Shown here piece by piece: positions 56,175 through 64,000 of a DNA stretch of 64,000 bases. The DNA is taken from IMG/VR virus record IMGVR_UViG_2595698399_000001, positions 8,535-72,534 of that record. One strand, written 5' to 3'. Both the position numbers and the translations under genes were made by a program. This DNA comes from a virus. Its lineage: Duplodnaviria; Caudoviricetes. Position 1 is the stretch's first letter, and each line of letters starts with the position of its first letter. The notes beneath the pieces are model-generated. The model ran no database searches and was not told the origin of the DNA. It saw only the letters and a list, made by a program, of their open reading frames with translations.

Positions 56175-56573
56175 ATGGAATTTAAAGTAATACAACACGA
56201 TGCGAAAGATTTTTACGAAGTATACAAAAAATGGTGCAAGGGCCATAATTTCCCTGCAAGAAATGTTGAAGAGTTGGATATCGCCTTCGTGTCTTATCGT
56301 GGCGATACCCCTCTTTATAGCACTTTCATATGGAGGACGCCATCTACATTCTGCGTTCTGGGGTTTCCTGTTAGTAACCCTGATATACCTTACATACATA
56401 GAAAAGGAGCTCTCGGATTTTTGTTCTCCGAAGTATCTAGACAGCTTAAAGAAATGGGCTTTAAGATAATCTGGACTACCTCTGATACAGAGAGAGTTGT
56501 GGAGGGATTGATTGATAGTGGATTCCAAGTAGCGGACACTAAAGTAGACCAATATTACAAAGTACTCTTTTAG
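56175..56573 (+). CDS. GNAT-fold-like small protein
   Basis: Between nozzle and internal proteins; VSNP...RKGALG.L.......K.MGF. Confidence 0.5.
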   Translation: MEFKVIQHDAKDFYEVYKKWCKGHNFPARNVEELDIAFVSYRGDTPLYSTFIWRTPSTFCVLGFPVSNPDIPYIHRKGALGFLFSEVSRQLKEMGFKIIWTTSDTERVVEGLIDSGFQVADTKVDQYYKVLF

Positions 56574-56621
56574 TACATTTGTTTTTTCCGTACTTTTACA
56601 TTAAATAAAAACACATAAAAC

Positions 56622-57224
56622 ATGGGAGTAGGAGCAGCAGCAGCAGGCCTTTCAGCCGTAGGCGGTATAGTTAAGGGTATAAACGGGGCTAAGAGAGCGA
56701 GGAAAGCTCAGAAAGCTATAGATAATTACGAGAGACAAACGTTAGAAAATTCATATAAAGATATGGAAGTCAGTACTTTAGGTGCAGATCTTCAAAGGGA
56801 AGAACTTGCCAGAGCTACGGCAACTAGCGTAGGAGCATTAGCTTCGGGAGGAGTAAGAGGAATTATAGGAGGTGTTGGAGCGGTACAAGCTAACAACGTA
56901 GCCTCTTCTAGAGCAATCGGAGCAGATTTAGACTCGCAACAAAAGAACATAGACCAACTAAGAGCCTCAGATAATTCAGTTATTAGAAACATGACAGAGA
57001 CTAGAGAGCAGCAAGATTTAGCAGGTTTAGGGAATGCCTTAGAAGTTGGTCGTCAAGATGCAGCCTCAGGATTCGGAGACGCTATTCAATCAGTAGGCTC
57101 TATGGGAGGAATATTAGGAGGCGCTAAAGGAGCAACAGCAGCGGTAGGAGGAGGATCTTCTTTCAGTAATCCGTTTGCATCCACAAAAACATTTTTAGAT
57201 AATCACCAAAACCCTTTTAAATAA
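56622..57224 (+). CDS. internal virion (ejection) protein
   Basis: Gly/Ala-rich with amphipathic N-terminus. Confidence 0.6.
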   Translation: MGVGAAAAGLSAVGGIVKGINGAKRARKAQKAIDNYERQTLENSYKDMEVSTLGADLQREELARATATSVGALASGGVRGIIGGVGAVQANNVASSRAIGADLDSQQKNIDQLRASDNSVIRNMTETREQQDLAGLGNALEVGRQDAASGFGDAIQSVGSMGGILGGAKGATAAVGGGSSFSNPFASTKTFLDNHQNPFK

Positions 57225-58873
57225 TGGCAGGTAAAGGAACATATGCAGCTTACAAAGAGCTTACTCCTATAAAGGAAGACTTTGGAGAGTTAGCAAAAGC
57301 AGGTAACGCAAATAAAGCAGCTCAGATTACAGCAGATGCAGAGGCTAAAGCAGCTAGGCAGAAGAGAAAGGCAGAGCTAACGGACTCATTTAAAACCGAC
57401 TACGCTACATTAACCGACGTAATAACTAATACTAAATCTATTGACCAAGCTTTTGCCAGAGGTATTAACTCGGCAAGAGATGAGATGGGGAGTTTATACA
57501 AAGAGATGCAATCTAACCCCACTATGGCAAACAACGTAGATGTTCAACTGAAAGTTCAGAACTTGAAAAGGTTTTCTAAGAACTTAGCAGAGGCTTCTAA
57601 GATGTACACCGAGTATGGTGCCTCAGTCGCAGCAGGTGTTCAAGACGGTACTCTATCATCTTGGATGGAAGGAACTCTTAACCAATTAGATAGCGTATTC
57701 AGACAAACTAATTTAGATATAAAAGTAGATTCTAGAGGTAATGCAATAGCACTTACTTACAAAGTAGATTCTGAGGGTGAGCCAGTACTTGATGAAGACG
57801 GCGAAAAGATAGTAGAGGAGATAAACTTATCTGAGATTTTAGATGGTAGAGGTTTAGAAGAGCAAATCTCTGAATACAAAATTTCTGAGGAGGCCCAAAA
57901 GATCGGTAAGGATTTAGGTAAAAGAGAAGAGAAAAAGCCAGATGGTAGTTTCTCACACTATTCTAAACAAGCTTGGGAGGATATAGAAGGAGATGCCAGA
58001 GGGCTTGTTAGAGGTTACATAGGAACAGCTAAAAATCCTACGCCTATAGCTAAGTCAATTTGGTCAGATACTTTAGGTAAGGACAAGACTGAGTTAACAG
58101 AGGCAGACATGCAAGAGATAGAAGACACTTATCTTAACACTATTAAAACTTTCTACGACGTTAAGGACGAAAGAGAGGTAAACGTTTCTGCTAGAACTAG
58201 CGCAGCAAACAGTATTAGAACTGCCGATACAGCGGATAAAGACAGAGCCGCAAAAGGTAGCACAGGAGGATCCGGTGGTGTTGAAGTTAGGACTACAGAA
58301 GATGGAGAAATAATTAAAGACGGTATAACAGGAGTTAGCGGAGATTTAGGAGGAGCTTCTACATCATTTACTATGCCTAAACTAGACGAGACAGGTAAGA
58401 AGACCTCAGTTGTATTAGGTACTAAAGGAGACGAGACAGACGTAAAAGTACTACACCTTACAGACGCAGGTAAGATTGTTTATGAAGGAGCTAAGTACGT
58501 TGGTAAGACATCTGGTAAGAGTATAAGCGCCTTTGACGTAAGAGAAGGTAAGTTATCCGAAGAGGTTGTAACTAAAGAAGTAGGTGGGGGTGTAAATCCT
58601 AAAGATGCCAACGATATAGCTAGACAAATTTACTCAGAGGAGAAAGGTAGAAAGCTTAAGAATGCAGGTGAGCTTAAAGAGTACTTAGAGAACAAGGAGA
58701 AAGCTTATAAAGAAGGTAGAAATACTTCAAAAGGAAAAGATGAAAGTAAGGCAGCCAAGCCTGCTAGAAGTACCATCTCAATGTCAGAAATTGAGGATAG
58801 AGTTAAAGGCTCAGGTTATACAGTAAAAGAGTATATAAAATTACTCAAAGAAAAAGGAGTAGACGTAAAATAA
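57224..58873 (+). CDS. internal virion protein
   Basis: 549 aa, helical; podovirus core-protein position. Confidence 0.55.
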   Translation: MAGKGTYAAYKELTPIKEDFGELAKAGNANKAAQITADAEAKAARQKRKAELTDSFKTDYATLTDVITNTKSIDQAFARGINSARDEMGSLYKEMQSNPTMANNVDVQLKVQNLKRFSKNLAEASKMYTEYGASVAAGVQDGTLSSWMEGTLNQLDSVFRQTNLDIKVDSRGNAIALTYKVDSEGEPVLDEDGEKIVEEINLSEILDGRGLEEQISEYKISEEAQKIGKDLGKREEKKPDGSFSHYSKQAWEDIEGDARGLVRGYIGTAKNPTPIAKSIWSDTLGKDKTELTEADMQEIEDTYLNTIKTFYDVKDEREVNVSARTSAANSIRTADTADKDRAAKGSTGGSGGVEVRTTEDGEIIKDGITGVSGDLGGASTSFTMPKLDETGKKTSVVLGTKGDETDVKVLHLTDAGKIVYEGAKYVGKTSGKSISAFDVREGKLSEEVVTKEVGGGVNPKDANDIARQIYSEEKGRKLKNAGELKEYLENKEKAYKEGRNTSKGKDESKAAKPARSTISMSEIEDRVKGSGYTVKEYIKLLKEKGVDVK

Positions 58874-58887
58874 TTTAATATATAGTA

Positions 58888-61800
58888 ATGGAAGAGGAAT
58901 TAGACGAGTTCGGAATACCAGTTAAAAAAGCACAAACATCTAGTGGGCCAACAGACCCAGAGTTAGATGAGTTTGGAATACCATTAAAAAAAAAAGAAAA
59001 AGGAGAGCCTTCGGGATCGAGTTCTATCTATGGTCAGGCTCTTTTAAGTTCGGATGGTTCAGGCTATGATGGTACAGAGGTTCCTCAAACCGAGGCTCCT
59101 GACGATATAGTAGATGAGCCAATCGCTCAATTATATAGCGCCTATAAAGAGGCCGGTAAGATAAAATCCTCTGAACTTAAGCAGATAGAGCAGGTTATAC
59201 AAGACCAGAAAGATGGTAAGAGAAGTAATTGGGAAGTTGCTACTGCTTATGCAGAGGGATTTTTATTTAAGGCCGACATGGCGCCCGTGTTTAAATTTGA
59301 TACTAAAGATGACCTTATTAAGGCCAAGAAGGAGAAGAATAAAATCAACTTCTTACAGGACTTAACTGAGGATCAACTAGCGGACTTGCGTTCTTACTCA
59401 GGAGAAAAAATATCTGAGTTAGAAAACAGCAACCTAAACATTTTATTTGAAAATAAGATGATGGAGGAAAGAAGTAAGGAGTTAGTAAATAAAATCAAGT
59501 ACCTTAAATCCGGTGTTGAAAAAATTGAGGAAGTTGACCCAAGCCAACAACAAGTTTTGATAGACCAATATAAGGAGGCATACTCTGAATTAGAGGGCAT
59601 CAAGCTAAGCTACAATAAGAACGTAGACCTTATCGAAGAGGGTACGGAAGATATTGGAGATTTCTATGAAGAGATAAACCTATTGAAAAGAAACTACGGT
59701 GGATTAGATTACTACAAAGATATTACTAGATTACAATTCGCAGCACTTGGAGAAGGAGCAGCCACTTTCGCATTGGCTACAGACGAGATATTAGATAAGA
59801 GTATCGGATTCAGGCCAGTTACTTCGGGGTCTTCAAACCCACAAGAGTATAGGGATGAGGCTAAAGAAACTCTTACTAAATTCAGACAAGAGGTGGGTAA
59901 CCAAAGAGAGGGTCTTAGACCTCAATTATCTGTATCTGAAATAAATGACTTAAATACATTCTCCTCTTGGCTAGGTGAACAAGTTGCTAGTCAATTACCA
60001 GTACTTGCTACACTTGCCATTAGTGGAGGTTCTGCAGGACTTGGAGTTCTAGGAGCTGCATCTGGTGGTCAAAAGATTGGTGAATTAGAGGATGAAAGAA
60101 CAGCGGCCAAAGAGGAAATTTCTTCTCTAGCGGACTTAGTGGAAACAGGTACTTTAAGTGACGAGGAGTTCAAAGACATCTCTGATAAAATTGCCAAGTT
60201 GGATAGGTCTAGTAAAGTATCAGACCAAGAGATGTATTTCGCAGGGGTAGGTTTTGGAGCATTTGAAATACTTACTGAAAGAGTTTCTTTAGGTATTTTA
60301 TCTAAGGGTAAGAGAGCTTACACAGCAGCTAGAAGGTCTGGTAAAATTGCTAACTTAGGTTCGTCTTTATTGAGGGGAACGGCAGCAGCAGGTAAGGAAG
60401 GTTCGGCAGAGTTCGTAAATGCGTTCGCAGGTAACACTCTAGATATCATGTACTTAGACGATCCAGATACTCACGTATTCGACAATACTATTGACGCACT
60501 TGCGTCTGGCGCAGCTATGGGCTTCGGAATGAGTGTCTCACCTACAGCAGTAGGGTTCGGGGCTAAAGCATTCATGCCTAAAGCTAAAAGAAAAGGTATT
60601 ATAGCTAATACAGAGAAACTATCTAACATATTAGGTGAGATTGAAAACAAGAAAGATGAGATTGCAGAGTTAGAAACCTCAGAGAACACTTCGGAAGTTG
60701 AAGGACAAAAAGAAGTATTAAAAACTTTAGAGACTAAAGCTAAGCAAGTAAACAAAGAAATAAGTAAAGACATAAAAGATACTTTCGATGATATTGAAGG
60801 TAGAAGTAAAACAGATATAGCGGAGTTAATCGAGCTTGATAAAAAATCAAACGGGATTACGGCTAGAGTTAAGGCTATAGAAAACTCTAACATCTTACCG
60901 GAGCTTAGACAAGAATTACTTACGGACTTAAAAGCCGAAGTAGAAGTTTTAGCAGCTAAGAAGCAAGAGATTTTAGACAAGCCAAAACCTAAGAAGGAAA
61001 AAGTTGTAGAAAAAGTTGTAGAGGAAGTTGTAGGGGAAGTGGTTGAAGAATCTAAAGAGAATACAACAGAGTTAGAAGATGTAGAGGTTAAGCCACTTAC
61101 AGAACAGGCCACTAAGAAATTAGAAGCTGTAAAAGCAAAGTTGGTGAGATTATCTAATACTAAAAGAGGCCTTACTAAGAATCAAGCCTTGGCGCTAAAA
61201 CTTATCGACTCAAAACTTGCAGGTACTAATCCAATAGAAAGTTTATCAGAAGTAGACCTTTCTAACACATTAGGCCTAGCTAAGGCAGAGGCTTATTTGA
61301 CAAAACTTAGTAAAGAGTTGAAGAATTTTGGAGGGGCTACAGCAGGTATGAACTTACCAGTAGTTATTGCCAAGAGTGCGGTCGACGCTATGAGAGTTGG
61401 GGTTGCTGCGGCTAAAACTACAGCGGACTTACTTTCTATAGGTTTAAACCACGTAAAAGAATCTGATTGGTTTAAAGGCCTGAACGACGTTGACCAACAA
61501 GCAGTTATCGACAACTTTGAATCTGAGATGGGTGACCTTGACATACTTACTAGGAAGGATAGAAAGTCTATCACTAGAAAGCTTTTCTCTGGGGTGCCAT
61601 TGGTATCTTTCATAGATGAAGCAGTTTTCAGTAAGATGGCAGATGTAGCAGATAGGTATGTGGCTCAAAAGATAGATGAAGGGGCTAAGAGTAGAAACGA
61701 CCTTATTAGAAGTGCGGCTAAGTTCGCTATAGGTTGGGCAAATGGTTTACCACGTACCAACGTAGAGTTGACACAAAGACGTATGGTTGCAGGTCGTCAA

Positions 61801-63963
61801 AAACTTGCTTATGCTAAGGCGGCTAAAATGGCCGAGGATCTTAAGGTACTTATTAACAACGACCCTGAATCGGCTAGAAGAGTTCACTCTGTTTTAGATC
61901 CGGAATTATACAGCGTACAAGATGGAGTTTTACTTGAAGAATTAACAGACAACGAGAGAGCTTTATACGATATACTTAGAGACATAAATAACCAGACTCA
62001 CGAAACTAACTTTGCATTAGGATTAATCTCTAAGGAGACTTATGATAAATTTAAGGGTAACTATATCGGTAGAGGTTATGAAGGTCACGAGACTGTGGGA
62101 GAACCTATAGAATCTACTATTAAGAATCAAATCTTAGACGATATATACAAGGAAAGAAAAGACATTACTGAATGGATGATTGACAACGCTATACAAGATC
62201 CTATTTATTTAACTATGAATAGAATGGTACAGACGGAAAGAAACGCAGCGGTATTGGCATACTCTTCTTTAATATCTAAAAAGAAAGGTAGTGTTTTAGA
62301 CAAAGCAGAACACGACAAGCTTAAAGATAAGAATGGCAAAGTTAAAGGGTACACGCTTCTTACTGGGAAGGCCTATGGTAAATTAGATGGCAAGTATGTA
62401 GTTGATTACGTTGCGGAAGATTTCAAAGGGTATTTCTTTAATAACAAGTATGCCGACCTTGCTTACAAATTAGCTAAGTACTACGATAGGAATGCAGTTA
62501 GACAGTTCTTGAAAAAATATCATACTGTTTACTCTCCTGTAGTTCAATTAGGTAACTTGGTATCTAACACAGCTTTTGCATTTGTTACAGGTATAAACAT
62601 TGGTCAAATGGCCTACGAGGCTGCCGGAGCTAGAAAAGATTTAAAATCTAAATCTGGTGACTACTTGACTTTATTAGAGTTCGGTATAATTGACTCAGAT
62701 ATTCTTTCAGGGGATTTAATTAATTCTAGAGCAGAGGCAGAGAATTTAGGTGTAGATAACAAAGCTACTACCGCAGCTAAAAAGGCGTGGGAGAAAGTTC
62801 TTAAGGTAGACGAGTTCGCTCAAAAGATGTACTCATCTTCGGATGATGTTATGAAATTGGCGGCGTTCAAAGCACTTAAGAGAGTTGGATACACAGAGGC
62901 CGAGGCTGTACAAAAAGTATTCGAAGGATTCCAAAACTATGCGACTGTAGGTAAGACTTGGGATTTAGCAGCAAAGACACCATTGGTGGGTAATGCCTAC
63001 ATAAAGTTCCAAGCGGATTTACAAAGGATTATGAAGAATGCAGTTACTAAGAGACCTCTTACAACCGCTTCATTCATGTTCATGTTAAAAGGTGTTGCAT
63101 TATTTACATCTACCATGCTTGCAGGTGAAGAAGAGGAAGAGAGATTGATAAGAGAGGCTAGACCTTTCATACCTAAAATAAACTTAGGTTTTGCTGACAT
63201 CCCCCTTACATTCAAAGTAAGTGAAGACAAGGAAGTAAACGTAGCGAGATTTATTTCTCCATTCTACGAATACGACATCCCTACAGGCTCTATGTTAGAG
63301 AAAGCAGGTAAGTTCATGCCATTCCAGTACAAAAATACAGGTATGGAAGAGAAGGGGCAAGAGTCTGGTAGTTTAGACACTCCGGATTTATTATTAGGCC
63401 CTTGGTACGCAGCCTTTTTCAGTAATAAAGATTTCCGAGGGAAGGCCATTACAGATCCTTACGCCACTAGGTACAAGGAGTCTGGGTTAGATGACGGAGA
63501 GAAGTTGGTTAACCGATTAGAGTATATCTCTAGGTCTCAGTTCCCATTGTTCTCACCTATACAAGATGCGTATTTGGCCAATGAGTACGGCGAAGATTAT
63601 TTCGGAAGGGATAAGACGTTATTCGATATTATAGTTTCTAGAGTAGTTAAAGTACAAACCTACGATAACGAAAGTCTTAAGAAGACTATTGAAGGTGGTT
63701 ACAAGACAATAAACTACAAACAAAAGGAAATTAATGATAAGATGTCTAGTATCCAAAAGAAGAATAGTTTTGATATTTCTGAGATACTAAGGAGAGCCGA
63801 CGAAGGTAAAATCTCTGACGAGAAGGCCAAGAGATTAGTTGACTCTAAACTAAAGGAAGGAAGGAAAGCTTACAACAAACAAGTGAAGCTTCTAGTAGAG
63901 CAACAAGAAGAGTTGAACCTACTAATGGAAAGAACTAGAAAAGTATATAGTTCTGTAAAATAG
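58888..63963 (+). CDS. large internal virion/DNA ejection protein
   Basis: 1691 aa, helical with Gly/Ala segments; ELDEFGIP repeated at N-terminus. Confidence 0.6.
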   Translation: MEEELDEFGIPVKKAQTSSGPTDPELDEFGIPLKKKEKGEPSGSSSIYGQALLSSDGSGYDGTEVPQTEAPDDIVDEPIAQLYSAYKEAGKIKSSELKQIEQVIQDQKDGKRSNWEVATAYAEGFLFKADMAPVFKFDTKDDLIKAKKEKNKINFLQDLTEDQLADLRSYSGEKISELENSNLNILFENKMMEERSKELVNKIKYLKSGVEKIEEVDPSQQQVLIDQYKEAYSELEGIKLSYNKNVDLIEEGTEDIGDFYEEINLLKRNYGGLDYYKDITRLQFAALGEGAATFALATDEILDKSIGFRPVTSGSSNPQEYRDEAKETLTKFRQEVGNQREGLRPQLSVSEINDLNTFSSWLGEQVASQLPVLATLAISGGSAGLGVLGAASGGQKIGELEDERTAAKEEISSLADLVETGTLSDEEFKDISDKIAKLDRSSKVSDQEMYFAGVGFGAFEILTERVSLGILSKGKRAYTAARRSGKIANLGSSLLRGTAAAGKEGSAEFVNAFAGNTLDIMYLDDPDTHVFDNTIDALASGAAMGFGMSVSPTAVGFGAKAFMPKAKRKGIIANTEKLSNILGEIENKKDEIAELETSENTSEVEGQKEVLKTLETKAKQVNKEISKDIKDTFDDIEGRSKTDIAELIELDKKSNGITARVKAIENSNILPELRQELLTDLKAEVEVLAAKKQEILDKPKPKKEKVVEKVVEEVVGEVVEESKENTTELEDVEVKPLTEQATKKLEAVKAKLVRLSNTKRGLTKNQALALKLIDSKLAGTNPIESLSEVDLSNTLGLAKAEAYLTKLSKELKNFGGATAGMNLPVVIAKSAVDAMRVGVAAAKTTADLLSIGLNHVKESDWFKGLNDVDQQAVIDNFESEMGDLDILTRKDRKSITRKLFSGVPLVSFIDEAVFSKMADVADRYVAQKIDEGAKSRNDLIRSAAKFAIGWANGLPRTNVELTQRRMVAGRQKLAYAKAAKMAEDLKVLINNDPESARRVHSVLDPELYSVQDGVLLEELTDNERALYDILRDINNQTHETNFALGLISKETYDKFKGNYIGRGYEGHETVGEPIESTIKNQILDDIYKERKDITEWMIDNAIQDPIYLTMNRMVQTERNAAVLAYSSLISKKKGSVLDKAEHDKLKDKNGKVKGYTLLTGKAYGKLDGKYVVDYVAEDFKGYFFNNKYADLAYKLAKYYDRNAVRQFLKKYHTVYSPVVQLGNLVSNTAFAFVTGINIGQMAYEAAGARKDLKSKSGDYLTLLEFGIIDSDILSGDLINSRAEAENLGVDNKATTAAKKAWEKVLKVDEFAQKMYSSSDDVMKLAAFKALKRVGYTEAEAVQKVFEGFQNYATVGKTWDLAAKTPLVGNAYIKFQADLQRIMKNAVTKRPLTTASFMFMLKGVALFTSTMLAGEEEEERLIREARPFIPKINLGFADIPLTFKVSEDKEVNVARFISPFYEYDIPTGSMLEKAGKFMPFQYKNTGMEEKGQESGSLDTPDLLLGPWYAAFFSNKDFRGKAITDPYATRYKESGLDDGEKLVNRLEYISRSQFPLFSPIQDAYLANEYGEDYFGRDKTLFDIIVSRVVKVQTYDNESLKKTIEGGYKTINYKQKEINDKMSSIQKKNSFDISEILRRADEGKISDEKAKRLVDSKLKEGRKAYNKQVKLLVEQQEELNLLMERTRKVYSSVK

Positions 63964-63964
63964 A

Positions 63965-64000
63965 AAAATCCCCCTCAAGATTAATTTCCTGAGGGGGATT
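63965..64000. terminator. terminator hairpin at end of late operon
   Basis: AATCCCCCTCA...TGAGGGGGATT. Confidence 0.75.

Noticed and set aside
47076-63449. Long antisense ORFs in the structural region (e.g. 47076..47627, 60471..61112)
   Set aside because: Mirror frames of biased or low-complexity plus-strand genes.
58888-63963. Possible virion RNA polymerase as in crAss-like phages
   Set aside because: No DxDxD catalytic motif context recognised; treated as an ejection protein.

Overview
The window covers most of a lytic, podovirus-type phage genome of a Bacteroidota (probably Flavobacteriaceae) host. This is inferred from TAnnTTTG -7 promoters and a GroES-like/terminase/portal/capsid/ring/tail-stabilisation gene order that recalls Cellulophaga phi38:1/phi40:1-like and crAss-related phages. 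The minus-strand left arm (1-24345) holds replication and host-takeover genes: primase-helicase, a dNTP hydrolase-HAD fusion, a phosphatase, RtcB, an M28 peptidase, a PRTase, a tmRNA, two identical tRNA-Glu genes and two odd tRNA-like RNAs. A divergent non-coding control region lies at 24.3-26.0 kb. It is followed by 24 plus-strand tRNA genes covering all 20 amino acids, a serine recombinase, and lysis, tail-fibre, packaging, head, tail and internal virion genes. The main finding is that the tRNA array is split into three operons. Each starts with a near-identical promoter, a 25-29 codon leader ORF, and mutually exclusive antiterminator/terminator hairpins. Each leader's sensor codons match the tRNAs of its own operon. 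This looks like ribosome-mediated attenuation that switches on phage tRNAs when the matching host tRNAs fail. All calls are by eye; no searches or folding programs were run.
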